Part shown: in pieces, positions 5,012 through 15,957 of the stretch
Layout of the letters: each line of letters starts with the position of its first letter
Position numbering within the stretch: position 1 is the first letter of the stretch
From: Caedimonas varicaedens
GTDB lineage: Bacteria; Pseudomonadota; Alphaproteobacteria; Caedimonadales; Caedimonadaceae
Assembly (NCBI GenBank): GCA_001192655.1
Contig: BBVC01000061.1
Coordinates: 1-18,125 of the forward strand
Reading direction: 5' to 3'
DNA length: 18,125 nt
Position numbers and translations under genes: made by a program
Notes under the pieces: generated by a model
Told to the model about the DNA's origin: nothing
Databases searched by the model: none
What the model saw: only the letters and a program-made list of their open reading frames with translations

Positions 5012-5971
5012 TTAAATTTTTAGGCTCGAAACCATGCCTGTTTCAAGTCTTGCCATCTTTCCCATGAATAGCGGTTTATTGACGCGATCATGGCCATATC
5101 CAGGCATTTTAAAAACGGGTACAGAAACACCTGCAGCAAAATATTTTAGGACATACTCAAGTTTAGAAGGATCTTCGGGAGTGTGTTCAGGAGTATAACT
5201 ATAATCTCCAAATAAAATGGCCTCGACGCCGTTAAAAAGTCCAGCTTGTAGAAAATGTTCAAGTCGCTCGGCAATGCGATAGGCTTGCTCATTCACATCT
5301 TCCAAAAAGAGAATTTTTCCTCGACAATCCAGCTGCCAGGACGTTCCGATACTATATTGCAGGACTGAATGATTGCCACCCACAAGAGGCGCTTCGATAA
5401 TGGCGTGTTGTCGAGCAAGATCATTCAAGGGTATGAGATCGGTTTCTTCTATTGCTTTCCTGTAACCTAGCAAAATATCTTTCAATGCTTGCATTGAAGA
5501 AGGTGTAACCCGTTGAGCGACAAGATCGCGTAGATTAGGAGCATGGAGCGTTGGCCAATTCCATTCCTGAATCAAAAATGTATGCAACGCCGTTACGTCA
5601 CTAAAGCCAATGAGAAGTTTTGGTGGAGGGACAGAAGCCAGACTACGTGACCACTCGAAAAGCCTGGGAATCAGGCGTGTTGCTCCGCATCCGCCGCGCA
5701 AGACCCAAACTGCTTTGGAGTGAGATGAGGAAAGCGCCAGAGAAAGATCTTTGAAACGCAATTCATCTTCATTTGAATAAAGGGGGTGAGGGGGCGTCGA
5801 TTCCCAGAAAGGCTGTACATGGGGTACCAGTTCCCACGATTTAAGCAGTTTTATGGATTTTTTAATATCATCCCCGGAAATAGCGCTAGAAGGTGCGACC
5901 AGTTCAACGCGGTCTCCTGGTTTGAGGGTAGGGATGAGGGAGACTTTCCTAACCATCGGCATTTTTGGCAA
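5012..5971 (-). CDS. ldcA: LD-carboxypeptidase (muramoyltetrapeptide carboxypeptidase, peptidase S66)
   Basis: S66 hallmarks are present: VLRGGCGATRL (cf. RGGYG), IGFSDVTALH (nucleophile Ser), LFLEDVNEQAYRIAERL (Glu), and PGYGHDRVNKPLFMG (His). The 5971 start is a TTG, with ATG alternatives at 5962 and 5956. Every option overlaps the atpC stop. Confidence 0.85.
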   Translation of the reverse strand: MPKMPMVRKVSLIPTLKPGDRVELVAPSSAISGDDIKKSIKLLKSWELVPHVQPFWESTPPHPLYSNEDELRFKDLSLALSSSHSKAVWVLRGGCGATRLIPRLFEWSRSLASVPPPKLLIGFSDVTALHTFLIQEWNWPTLHAPNLRDLVAQRVTPSSMQALKDILLGYRKAIEETDLIPLNDLARQHAIIEAPLVGGNHSVLQYSIGTSWQLDCRGKILFLEDVNEQAYRIAERLEHFLQAGLFNGVEAILFGDYSYTPEHTPEDPSKLEYVLKYFAAGVSVPVFKMPGYGHDRVNKPLFMGKMARLETGMVSSLKI

Positions 5972-6365
5972 TAATCTGGAGTTTTATGTTGGCAAGATGT
6001 AAATCGCGGTGCAACGCTTCCTTCTCTTCCGTGGAACGGGCGATTTCCAGTTCTTCAAGTTTTTCTCTGATTATGCTTTCAAGCTCTGTCTTATCAAAAT
6101 CCTGTAGAAAGATACAATCTTCTGCCATCACAGTGCAACCATTCTCATTCACATTTGCAAATCCGCTTCCCACATAAATTCGATGAAGGATAGCCCCATC
6201 CTGGTAAATATAAACAAGTCCGGGTCTTAAAGTTGAAAGGAGTGAAGCATGACGGGGCAATACACCGAAATCGCCTTCTTGTCCTGGAATGACCGCCATG
6301 CTGACAGGAGCTTCAAACACCAGCTTTTCGGGAGAAACAAGCCTAAAATCCAATTTATCTGTCAT
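5949..6365 (-). CDS. atpC: F1 ATP synthase epsilon subunit
   Basis: 138 aa. FRLVSPEKLVFEAPVSMAVIPGQEGDFGVLPRHASLLSTLRPG is the typical epsilon N-terminal beta-sandwich signature. It is the last gene of the atpHAGDC order. Confidence 0.9.
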   Translation of the reverse strand: MTDKLDFRLVSPEKLVFEAPVSMAVIPGQEGDFGVLPRHASLLSTLRPGLVYIYQDGAILHRIYVGSGFANVNENGCTVMAEDCIFLQDFDKTELESIIREKLEELEIARSTEEKEALHRDLHLANIKLQIIAKNADG

Positions 6366-6379
6366 TCGGGTTGCCTATC

Positions 6380-7825
<1,446 letters not shown>

Positions 7826-8713
7826 TTAAAGCGCTTCGGCGCCTGAAACAATCTCAATAAGCTCTTTGGTAATAAAAGCCTGACGTGTTCTATTATAGGT
7901 TAAATCAAGATTTTGAATCATTTCTTCTGCGTTACGGGTTGCGCCATCCATTGCCGCCATTCTTGCACCTTGCTCACTGGCAACATTTTCCAGTAAAGCT
8001 CTAAAGATTTGGATCCTCAGATTTTGAGGTAAAAGTTGCGTCAAGACCTGGTTTTCCGTTGGTTCATAACAATAAGGTACAAGAGATTTGTTGTTCTCAG
8101 CGGACAATAAGAGCGAAGAATCAAGAGGCGTATAAGGAATCAAACGATGATCTGTTACTTTTTGTGTAAGGGCAGAAATAAACTTGTTATAAACAATTGT
8201 ACAGATATCAAATTCATTTTTTTCAAATATTTCAAGCATGTATTGTGATACGTTGGAAGCATCAGAAAAAGACGGCTTATCGAGAGCCTCGAAAGTCGTG
8301 ATAATATATTTTGAGTAGTCCCGCTTAAGTTGGTCATATCCCTTGCGGCCTATGCAAATGATCTTAATATCCCGCTTACGTGTTTCTTCTTCCTGAATCA
8401 TATGACGAACATGTCGAATAATGGATGTATTAAACCCGCCACAAAGTCCTCGATTTGATGTTGCTGCAATGATAAGATGCGTTTTTTCCTGTCCTGTCCC
8501 GCCGAGAAGTTTCGGTGTCATGCTGGAGTTGGTTATTCTTGAAATAAGATCACCCAACATTTCTGACATCATCATCGCATAAGGACGCGCGGCCTGGGCG
8601 TGTTCCTGTGCGCGGCGCAGTTTGGCAGCTGCAATCAATTTCATTGCGGACGTAATTTTTTTTGTTGCTTGAACCGATTTCTTGCGTGTCCGTAATTCCT
8701 TAAGACTTGGCAT
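7826..8713 (-). CDS. atpG: F1 ATP synthase gamma subunit
   Basis: 295 aa. N-terminal MPSLKELRTRKKSVQATKKITSAMKLIAAAKLRRAQ and C-terminal ITKELIEIVSGAEAL are gamma-subunit hallmarks. It is positioned between atpA and atpD. Confidence 0.95.
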   Translation of the reverse strand: MPSLKELRTRKKSVQATKKITSAMKLIAAAKLRRAQEHAQAARPYAMMMSEMLGDLISRITNSSMTPKLLGGTGQEKTHLIIAATSNRGLCGGFNTSIIRHVRHMIQEEETRKRDIKIICIGRKGYDQLKRDYSKYIITTFEALDKPSFSDASNVSQYMLEIFEKNEFDICTIVYNKFISALTQKVTDHRLIPYTPLDSSLLLSAENNKSLVPYCYEPTENQVLTQLLPQNLRIQIFRALLENVASEQGARMAAMDGATRNAEEMIQNLDLTYNRTRQAFITKELIEIVSGAEAL

Positions 8714-8734
8714 TTTGGAGTGACCTACCCTTGT

Positions 8735-10264
8735 TTAAGTAAAAATAGTGGTAAAGTGTTCAAGAAATTTAACCAGTTCTCCTTCATGCTGGGTGGAAAT
8801 CTGCCCTGTCTCTTTGATCGTTTGTAAAAGGGCAGGTTTTCTCTGACGCAATTCTGTAAACATTTCCTGCTCGTAACGTTGAATATCCGCAACGGGAACC
8901 TTATCTAAATACCCTCGTGTTCCGCAGAAAATCGAAACAACCTGCTCTTCCCGAGATACAGGAGAATACTGGGGCTGTTTCAAAAGTTCTGTCAGCCTCT
9001 CGCCGCGCGCAAGCAGTTTTTGGGTGGCAAGATCAAGATCAGAAGAAAATTGTGAGAAGGCTGCCATTTCCCGAAATTGAGCCAACTCCAGTTTGATCTT
9101 GCCGGCGACTTGCCTCATGGCTTTTGTTTGAGCAGCGGATCCCACACGGCTTACGGATAAGCCCACATTAATGGCGGGGCGGACACCTTTATGAAATAAA
9201 TCTGTTTCAAGAAAGATTTGTCCGTCTGTGATGGAAATCACATTGGTAGGGATATAGGCTGAGACGTCACCAGCTTGCGTTTCAATAATAGGAAGAGCTG
9301 TCAGCGATCCTCCTCCCTTTTCATCACTCATTTTAGCCGCTCGTTCCAGCAGCCGGGAATGAAGATAGAAAACGTCTCCAGGATAGGCTTCACGTCCAGG
9401 AGGGCGGCGCAAAAGCAACGACATTTGACGATAGGCTACTGCCTGCTTTGAAAGGTCATCATAAATAATCAGGGCATGCATGCCGTTATCACGAAAGTAT
9501 TCACCCATGGAACATCCCGCATAGGGCGCCAGGAATTGCAGGGGAGCCGGATCAGAAGCTGAGGCAACCACAACCGTCGTATAGCCCAGTGCTCCATGGA
9601 CTTCCAACGTCTTGACGATTTGGGCGACGGTTGATAGTTTTTGACCAATGGCAACATAGATGCAATAAAGCTTTTCCGATTCTGTACCGCCATCATGCGC
9701 ATTTTTCTGATTGAGGATTGTGTCAATAGCGATAGCTGTTTTTCCTGTTTGACGATCACCGATGATAAGCTCGCGTTGTCCTCGTCCAATAGGTACAAGC
9801 GTATCAATCGCTTTCAGCCCTGTCTGCATGGGTTCGCAAACTGACTGACGCGGGATAATGCCAGGAGCCTTGACTTCTACGCGGGAACGTAAGGTAGTTT
9901 TGATCTCTCCTTTGCCATCCAATGGATTTCCAAGGGGATCGACGACGCGACCTAACAATTCCTTCCCAACCGGCACATCCACAATGTTCCCCAGCCTTTT
10001 AACGCTTTCTCCTTCCCGAATATTTCGATCATTCCCAAAAATCACAATACCCACATTATCGGTTTCAAGGTTTAGCGCCATTCCCTGAGTGCCATCGGAG
10101 AATTCAACCATTTCTCCGGACTGGATATGTTCAAGCCCATAAACCCGTGCAATGCCATCGCCGACTTCCAGGACTTGCCCTACTTCAGCAAATTCAGTCT
10201 CAGCATTAAAATTCACAATTTTTTTCTTTAAAATAGAAGAAATTTCCGCAGCGCGTAGTTCCAT
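8735..10264 (-). CDS. atpA: F1 ATP synthase alpha subunit
   Basis: 509 aa. Walker A GDRQTGKT, and the overall alpha-subunit sequence character throughout. Confidence 0.98.
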   Translation of the reverse strand: MELRAAEISSILKKKIVNFNAETEFAEVGQVLEVGDGIARVYGLEHIQSGEMVEFSDGTQGMALNLETDNVGIVIFGNDRNIREGESVKRLGNIVDVPVGKELLGRVVDPLGNPLDGKGEIKTTLRSRVEVKAPGIIPRQSVCEPMQTGLKAIDTLVPIGRGQRELIIGDRQTGKTAIAIDTILNQKNAHDGGTESEKLYCIYVAIGQKLSTVAQIVKTLEVHGALGYTTVVVASASDPAPLQFLAPYAGCSMGEYFRDNGMHALIIYDDLSKQAVAYRQMSLLLRRPPGREAYPGDVFYLHSRLLERAAKMSDEKGGGSLTALPIIETQAGDVSAYIPTNVISITDGQIFLETDLFHKGVRPAINVGLSVSRVGSAAQTKAMRQVAGKIKLELAQFREMAAFSQFSSDLDLATQKLLARGERLTELLKQPQYSPVSREEQVVSIFCGTRGYLDKVPVADIQRYEQEMFTELRQRKPALLQTIKETGQISTQHEGELVKFLEHFTTIFT

Positions 10265-10269
10265 CGGTT

Positions 10270-10803
10270 TTATGCCCTCATCGCTTTTTGCAGTTTATGG
10301 AGTTGTGTCCGGATCGTCGAATCAACGACATATTCGCCAATTTGGATGACAATGCCCCCTATGGCTTCTTTATCTCTTTTTTCATGAATAACAATTTCTT
10401 TTTTCAGCTTTGATTTTAAGAGGCTTGTTAAGGATTTCAGCTGATTTGTACCAAGGGGCATTGCTGAAGAAATGTGAACGTCCACTCTATTGGATTGAGC
10501 ACGAAGCAAGTCTCTAAAACGCTTTATAATATCGCTCAGATTTTTTAGTCTTTTCTGATGAGCAACCAAGTCAAGAAAATTTAGAGTCAATGGGCAGAAT
10601 AACAACTTTTCGGATAACACTCTAAAAACGACTGTGACAGCTTTTAAAGGGATCAGGGGATTGTCCAGAAATGTGTTAAAATCTTTTGAAGTGGAGACAA
10701 TATTCTGAAGTGCAGCAAGATCTTGCTCTACCTCATCCAGTTTTTCTTGTTCAGAGGCGCATTCAAACAAGGCCTGGGCATATCGTACTGCAATTATACT
10801 CAT
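10270..10803 (-). CDS. atpH: F1 ATP synthase delta (OSCP) subunit
   Basis: OSCP-type N-terminus [14 protein letters not shown]. The ORF track extends to 10833, but the ATG at 10803 has a GGGGG RBS 7 nt upstream. It is the first gene of atpHAGDC. Confidence 0.88.
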   Translation of the reverse strand: MSIIAVRYAQALFECASEQEKLDEVEQDLAALQNIVSTSKDFNTFLDNPLIPLKAVTVVFRVLSEKLLFCPLTLNFLDLVAHQKRLKNLSDIIKRFRDLLRAQSNRVDVHISSAMPLGTNQLKSLTSLLKSKLKKEIVIHEKRDKEAIGGIVIQIGEYVVDSTIRTQLHKLQKAMRA

Positions 10804-11006
10804 CCATGAACCCCCGGAATGCTTGAAATACAAGCTTTTTCATTTCTCCAGAAATTTATTCTGTTTTTCAGATGTTTCTAGCACGACTTCAAACATTCAG
10901 CAAGAATGATGTGCTATTTGCTCTTTTTTGCACTGTGGTTTGCATGGATTTTCTTTTTGTGGTTTTCTATAAAACCTAAAGCATCGAAAGAAGTATAGAA
11001 AAGAAA

Positions 11007-12422
11007 ATGAAGTTTATCATATTTTTGTGGAGCATCTTTTTTTCTTCTATACTCTATGCAATTCCCATGAATGATAAAAGTGGTCTTAGCCTAACTGAAG
11101 TAGATCAAATCATTAAAATTTCTGAAAACTCAAGTATTGAGGTGCTGCAAAAAGTTATTAGAGAGGCAAGAAAAAACAACCAGAAGGTTACTGTTTATGG
11201 ATCTCAACATACTCAAGGAGGGCACATATTTTATAATCAGGGGATCATTCTGAATTTATCTAATCTAAATAATATTCAAAGACTTTCTCAAAATATTATA
11301 CGCGTTCAATCAGGAGCGACATGGAAACAAGTGATTGAATTCTTAAATCCTCTGGGGTTGTCTGTGGATATTATGCAATCAGATTATGATTTTAGTATGG
11401 GCGGGACTCTTTCAACAAATGTTCATGGATGGCAGGTTAATAAACCGCCTCTTATTGCAAGCATACGGGGTTTCCATATTCTTATGGCAGATGGAAGTGT
11501 ACGATATTGTAATCGTCAGAAAAACACAGATCTTTTTAAAAGCGTTATTGGTGGTTACGGACTTTTAGGCGTTATTATTGATGTTGATTTGCATGTGATC
11601 CATAACCATCTGTATGAACTAAAACAATGGGTTATTAAGACAGAAGATTTTCTTCCTTTTTTTAAAAAAGAAGTGCAAGGCAATAAAAAAGCAGCCATGT
11701 TTTTTGGAAGATTTTCTCTTGATCGCAAAAATTTTTTAAGGAAAATAGCTTTTCGTATTTATGAAGATACAGAACAACAGGCAAAAAATCAGAAACTTTC
11801 TGAATATCGTTGGGTACAAAGTATTTTAAACTGGTTTTTTTCTAAAACGCGCAAGAGCGATTTTTTAAAAAAAGTGAGATGGGAAATCGAAAATAATTTT
11901 TTAGCGGAGCGATTATTCAAATCACTCTCACGTAATCAACTTTTGTACCATTCTGTTGATAATTATATAAATACTCAAGAAGGGTATACAGATTTATTGC
12001 AGGAATATTTTATTCCTATTGAAAATTTTGAGAAATTTATTTTTTCCCTTCGTTCTCTGGAAAAAGACATGTCAGATTATTTAATGAATATTACAATTCG
12101 TCATGTGCAAAAAGATAATGAAAGTCTTTTGAACTATGCTCCCCAAGAAATGGTGTGTTTTGTCATGTTCTTCCGTGGCCCCAAAACGAAAGATTTTGAC
12201 AGAAAGCTGAGTCTTATGGCTCAAAAAATGACGGATCAGGCTTTGGTATTAAAAGGCTCTTATTATCTTCCTTATCGCCCTTATCAAAGTAAACAACAAT
12301 TTGAAAAAGCCTATCCTCGATGGAGAGAATTCAAGAATATAAAATTAATTTATGATTCTTCAGAAGTATTTTTCAATCAATTTTATGAGAATTATTTTGG
12401 TGAAAAATTAAAGCAGGATTAA
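11007..12422 (+). CDS. Exported FAD-binding (PCMH/FAD_binding_4-type) oxidoreductase, substrate unknown
   Basis: 471 aa. Hydrophobic signal-like N-terminus MKFIIFLWSIFFSSILYA. FAD-binding motifs are VYGSQHTQGGH and ADGSVRYCNRQKNTDLFKSVIGGYGLLGVI. The gene is visibly AT- and Lys-rich relative to the flanking operons. Confidence 0.7.
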   Translation: MKFIIFLWSIFFSSILYAIPMNDKSGLSLTEVDQIIKISENSSIEVLQKVIREARKNNQKVTVYGSQHTQGGHIFYNQGIILNLSNLNNIQRLSQNIIRVQSGATWKQVIEFLNPLGLSVDIMQSDYDFSMGGTLSTNVHGWQVNKPPLIASIRGFHILMADGSVRYCNRQKNTDLFKSVIGGYGLLGVIIDVDLHVIHNHLYELKQWVIKTEDFLPFFKKEVQGNKKAAMFFGRFSLDRKNFLRKIAFRIYEDTEQQAKNQKLSEYRWVQSILNWFFSKTRKSDFLKKVRWEIENNFLAERLFKSLSRNQLLYHSVDNYINTQEGYTDLLQEYFIPIENFEKFIFSLRSLEKDMSDYLMNITIRHVQKDNESLLNYAPQEMVCFVMFFRGPKTKDFDRKLSLMAQKMTDQALVLKGSYYLPYRPYQSKQQFEKAYPRWREFKNIKLIYDSSEVFFNQFYENYFGEKLKQD

Positions 12423-12499
12423 ATAATATATTATCAAAATCAAATGGTTGATGTGATAGATAAACAGGAACCATTTTCCTCGGACAATTACTTAATGCA

Positions 12500-12853
12500 C
12501 TAAATAGTAAGCCATGTGGTTTCATTATTTGGAAAAACAATAGAAATAACCCCACCCCACGCACACGGAACCATTGATAAGTTATCCAGCGCAGGCATGC
12601 CATTTATTAAAACGGTAGGATCGCCGATCATCCATGGAGAAACAGGTGCTGGCATACAAGGAATAGGAAGGCCTACTTCTGACAATATTGCGCAAATCCC
12701 CATAGGCGTAAGATTAAGATCAGGAACAACATCCATGAAGTGACCAGCCGGCATAGCCTGAACAAGGACATTTACTTCAGGCAAAGCGTCAAACATCAGC
12801 ATAGATTCACCACCCGCACACATCAAGAAACCACCCGTAACTGTTTCAAGCAT
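12500..12853 (-). CDS. DUF4280 (PAAR-like) domain protein
   Basis: 117 aa. LMCAGGE...MPAGHFMDVVPDLNLTPMGICA...PCMPAPVSPWMIGDPTVLINGMPALDNLSMVPCAWGGVISI follows the DUF4280 pattern I know (C-x-G, N-I-x-P-F-G-x-C, P-C-x-P, W, G-x-P-A-L, C-x-W-G-G-x-I), including four conserved Cys. An AGGGGA RBS lies 8 nt upstream. The start is 24 nt after the petC stop. Confidence 0.8.
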   Translation of the reverse strand: MLETVTGGFLMCAGGESMLMFDALPEVNVLVQAMPAGHFMDVVPDLNLTPMGICAILSEVGLPIPCMPAPVSPWMIGDPTVLINGMPALDNLSMVPCAWGGVISIVFPNNETTWLTI

Positions 12854-12877
12854 AAAATATCCCCTTTATACCCTGTT

Positions 12878-13642
12878 TTATTTTTTGAGGTTACGCCATG
12901 TTCTTCTCATCACAATATACATCATGATTGTAAAAAGCGCGAGAAAGCTCAAGACTTTTACACCCATTCTTTTGCGTTCTTCCAGGGTGGGTTCTGCTGC
13001 CCAGGCCAGGAAAGTAACCACATCATGCGCCATTTGCTCGACTGTTGAAGGCGTCCCATCCGCATACTTTACCTGCCCTGGAGACAAAGGGGGCGCCATG
13101 GCAATCTGATGCCCCGGGAAATAAGTATTATAATACATACCATTCGCCATCTTCATATCTTGTGGGGGATTTGTATAACCTGTCAACAAGGCTTTCACAT
13201 AATCAGCTTCATGCTTGCGTGCCTTTACAACGAGGGATTGGTCTGGGGGATAAGCGCCATTGTTCGCAGCACGTGCTGCTTTCTCATTGGGAAAAGGTTT
13301 GACAAAATGATCTTCAGGCTTTCCCGGTCTTTTGGTTGGATTGCCTTCATCGTCCAATGGGCCGGGGACTTCATGTTGCGAGGCAATCACCTTAATTTGG
13401 GCTTCGGTATAGCCAAGGTCTTTCAAGTTTTCATATCGTAAATGATCAAGCGCATGACAGGTTGAGCAGACTTCCTGATAAACCTGAAATCCTCGCTGCA
13501 ATGCTCCGCGATCAAAGGTTCCCAAAGGGCTTTCAAAACTCCATTGATTATGAGGTGGCTGTACCTCTTGTTCTGCTTTTGTTCCTGTTCCTGTTCCACA
13601 AGTCAACCAATAGACAAGAATACCCAGAAAAATTTTATTCAT
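12878..13642 (-). CDS. petC: Cytochrome c1 of the bc1 complex
   Basis: 254 aa. Signal sequence, heme-binding CSTCH, and a C-terminal membrane anchor ([16 protein letters not shown]). The start overlaps the petB stop (ATGA). Confidence 0.92.
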   Translation of the reverse strand: MNKIFLGILVYWLTCGTGTGTKAEQEVQPPHNQWSFESPLGTFDRGALQRGFQVYQEVCSTCHALDHLRYENLKDLGYTEAQIKVIASQHEVPGPLDDEGNPTKRPGKPEDHFVKPFPNEKAARAANNGAYPPDQSLVVKARKHEADYVKALLTGYTNPPQDMKMANGMYYNTYFPGHQIAMAPPLSPGQVKYADGTPSTVEQMAHDVVTFLAWAAEPTLEERKRMGVKVLSFLALFTIMMYIVMRRTWRNLKK

Positions 13643-14883
13643 GAGTGTTTTTCCTTTTTTCCTGTTTCAATATCCAAAAGGCTTACAGGCAAGGGAAGAG
13701 AGCATTCAAATTTTGAAAGCCCAGGCAAAACAACAAGAAAATGAAAAAAATAGTAAAAAGTTGCGACGCGTCCAATGAATAATGGCCATCCTTCTGGTTG
13801 CTGGGATCCAACCCAGACCAAAGTAAAACAGGTCAACAGCAACAGGACATAAAAGAGTTTGAAAAAAGGACGAAAGCGCCCGCTGCGTACAGGATGCTTG
13901 TCCAGCCACGGCACAATAAAAAGGATAAAAATTGACCCAAACATCAATATGACTCCACCCAATTTATCCGGCACTGAACGTAAAATCGCATAAAAAGGTA
14001 GGAAATACCATTCAGGAACAATATGTGGCGGTGTCACAAGAGGATTAGCGGGAATATAATTATCAGGCTCACCAAAGAAATTGGGAGCAAAGAAAATAAA
14101 ACCACTCCAAATTAAAAGAAATATACCTAGTCCAAATAAGTCCTTAACCGTGTAATAAGGGTGAAAGGGGATAGATTCTTCGGGTTTCGTTCGTTCAATG
14201 CCCAAAGGGTTGTTTGAACCAAAAGTATGAAGGGCGATAAGATGCAAACCTACAACAGCAATAATCAGAAAGGGAAAAAGATAGTGCAGAGCAAAAAAAC
14301 GGTTCAGTGTAGGATTGTCAACAGAAAATCCTCCCCAAAGCCATGTAACAATACTATCTCCTACAAAAGGAATAGCTGAAAATAAATTGGTGATGACGGT
14401 TGCGCCCCAATAGCTCATCTGCCCCCAGGGCAGGACATACCCCATAAAAGCCGTTGCCATCATAAGCAGTAAAATAACGACACCTAAAATCCATAAAAGC
14501 TCACGGGGTGATTTATAGGAACCATAAAAAAGACCCCGAAAAATATGAATGTAAACAACAATAAAAAACATTGAAGCGCCATTCATATGGATATAACGAA
14601 TAAGCCAGCCATAGTTTACTTCACGCATGATGTGCTCGACGCTATCAAAGGCCATATCAACTTGTGGTGTGTAGTGCATCGCCAGGAAAATTCCTGTAAC
14701 AATCATAATAACCAGCGTAATGCCGGCAAGAGACCCAAAATTCCATAAATAATTCAGATTAAGTGGCGTTGGATACTCTCCCAATTCTTTTTTTATAAAC
14801 GAGAAAAAAGGCAATCTTTCATCAATCCAACCTATCAATCCCTTAAAGGATGTCGTTGGTTTATGGATGGTTTTTTTATTCAT
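13639..14883 (-). CDS. petB: Cytochrome b of the bc1 complex
   Basis: 414 aa polytopic membrane protein with WNFGSL, conserved His-containing helices and the [13 protein letters not shown] motif. Confidence 0.97.
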   Translation of the reverse strand: MNKKTIHKPTTSFKGLIGWIDERLPFFSFIKKELGEYPTPLNLNYLWNFGSLAGITLVIMIVTGIFLAMHYTPQVDMAFDSVEHIMREVNYGWLIRYIHMNGASMFFIVVYIHIFRGLFYGSYKSPRELLWILGVVILLLMMATAFMGYVLPWGQMSYWGATVITNLFSAIPFVGDSIVTWLWGGFSVDNPTLNRFFALHYLFPFLIIAVVGLHLIALHTFGSNNPLGIERTKPEESIPFHPYYTVKDLFGLGIFLLIWSGFIFFAPNFFGEPDNYIPANPLVTPPHIVPEWYFLPFYAILRSVPDKLGGVILMFGSIFILFIVPWLDKHPVRSGRFRPFFKLFYVLLLLTCFTLVWVGSQQPEGWPLFIGRVATFYYFFHFLVVLPGLSKFECSLPLPVSLLDIETGKKEKHS

Positions 14884-14892
14884 CTGTCTCTC

Positions 14893-15462
14893 CTAACCAA
14901 CGCGAATCGTCGTATCATTCAGAAAAGTATAGGGGGGAACCTCAAGATTGCGGGGAGCAGGTCCTCGTCGCACACGTCCCGAAATATCATATTCTGATCC
15001 ATGGCAGGGACAAAGCCATCCCCCATATTCACCTTTATTATCAGTTGGTTTTTGTCCCAGAGGGACGCATCCCAAATGTGTGCATACACCAACCACAACA
15101 AGCCATTGAGGATGGGTTTTAAACCGATCTTGGTCTGTTTGGGGGTCAAGAAGATCTTTCAAGGGAACGGAACGCGCCGTCTGAATTTCTTTTTCAGTTC
15201 TGCGGCGGATAAAAAGAGGTTTGCCACGCCAGAGAACAGTAATAGCTTGACCTTCTGCTACAGGCTTTAAATTTATTTCTATAGTCGAAGCTGCAAGAAC
15301 GTCGCGCGCAGGATTCATGGACTTGATCAAAGGATAAATAAACGAACCGACTCCAACAGCACCCAAGGCACCTGTTGCCAAGATAAGAAAATCACGCCGA
15401 TTTTTTTGAGGTGACACCTTTTTTTTGTTTGCAGCGATATTAGACTCAAGGATGGTCGTCAT
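14893..15462 (-). CDS. petA: Rieske iron-sulfur subunit of the bc1 complex
   Basis: 189 aa. Twin-arginine motif NRRDFL and Rieske boxes CTHLGC and CPCHGS. Confidence 0.95.
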   Translation of the reverse strand: MTTILESNIAANKKKVSPQKNRRDFLILATGALGAVGVGSFIYPLIKSMNPARDVLAASTIEINLKPVAEGQAITVLWRGKPLFIRRRTEKEIQTARSVPLKDLLDPQTDQDRFKTHPQWLVVVGVCTHLGCVPLGQKPTDNKGEYGGWLCPCHGSEYDISGRVRRGPAPRNLEVPPYTFLNDTTIRVG

Positions 15463-15624
15463 TTTTTTACGCGTGTCTCCCTTTTATTTAAAAATTTCTA
15501 TATTCCTTTTACCATTGAACGATCATCAGGTGTAGGTATTTTCTCAAGCTTTTTTATTTTCATACCTGAAAATCTCGAAAAACTTTGAGATAACAAAAAG
15601 ATTGAACCTTTGTATTTTGGATGC

Positions 15625-15644
15625 TTAGTCCCCTTGAGTAATGG
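15625..15644. repeat. Left terminal inverted repeat of the IS481-like remnant
   Basis: TTAGTCCCCTTGAGTAATGG, the inverted partner of 15937..15957. Confidence 0.8.
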
Positions 15645-15675
15645 GCTATAACAATTTGGTGAGGATGGTCTAATT

Positions 15676-15909
15676 ATGGGACAGATATTACACAAGCGCG
15701 CCACGACGACGCACACCACATCCCTGGACAACAAGGGTGAGCACATGAACGAAGCTCCCCTATCAAGACCTATCACTATGGAGACAAGCGAGCGCTTGAA
15801 AAGACATCTTTATGACTTTGTGAATTCTTACAATTATGCTAAAAAACTGAAAATAATCAAAACCTTAACACCAATGGGGAAAATTATTCAGGAAGGAATA
15901 GATAAATAA
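15676..15909 (+). pseudogene. IS481-family transposase remnant (N-terminal ~13 aa fused to C-terminal ~40 aa)
   Basis: MGQILHKRATTT matches the MGQVLHGSATTTEAVRR start of IS481-type transposases I recall. ETSERLKRHLYDFVNSYNYAKKLKIIKTLTP matches their C-terminal HxxLxxHLxxFvxaYNfarRLKtLrGLTP. The DDE catalytic core is missing entirely. Confidence 0.75.
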
Positions 15910-15936
15910 ACCTAGCTTGTTTCACTCAAACCCATT

Positions 15937-15957
15937 CCATTTACTCAAGAGGACTAA
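15937..15957. repeat. Right terminal inverted repeat of the IS481-like remnant
   Basis: CCATTTACTCAAGAGGACTAA. It overlaps the last codons and stop of the minus-strand ORF 15941..17884. Confidence 0.8.

Larger units (their letters stand above)
15625..15957 (+). mobile_element. Internally deleted, MITE-like IS481-family element (333 bp) with intact terminal inverted repeats
   Basis: The left end TTAGTCCCCTTGAGTAATGG (15625..15644) matches the reverse complement of the right end CCATTTACTCAAGAGGACTAA (15937..15957), with 1 mismatch and 1 indel. The interior encodes only the first and last pieces of an IS481-type transposase. Confidence 0.8.

Noticed and set aside
8155-10349. ORFs 8155..8337(-), 9469..9807(-), 9641..9844(+), 9858..10088(+) and 10152..10349(+)
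   Set aside because: They are out-of-frame or antisense ORFs inside atpG, atpA and atpH, with no independent support.
12466-12480. Hairpin AGGAA-CCATT-TTCCT between the convergent FAD oxidase and DUF4280 genes as a bidirectional terminator
   Set aside because: It has only a 5-bp stem and no proper U-tract on either strand, which is too weak to call.
11386-12603. ORFs 11386..11568(+) and 12373..12603(-)
   Set aside because: The first is an alternative frame inside the FAD oxidase gene. The second spans the convergent spacer and overlaps both neighbouring gene ends, with no RBS or motif.
12516-15270. Plus-strand and out-of-frame ORFs across the DUF4280 and pet genes (12516..12743, 12740..13048, 12885..13109, 13045..13302, 13109..13441, 13462..13644, 13544..13744, 13706..13909, 14850..15122, 14919..15149, 15001..15270)
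   Set aside because: They are shadows of strongly supported minus-strand genes, and their translations are low-complexity with no motifs.
15498-15776. 92-aa ORF 15498..15776(-)
   Set aside because: It runs antisense through the left inverted repeat and the start of the IS481-like remnant into the petA upstream region. It has no recognisable motif and is most likely spurious.
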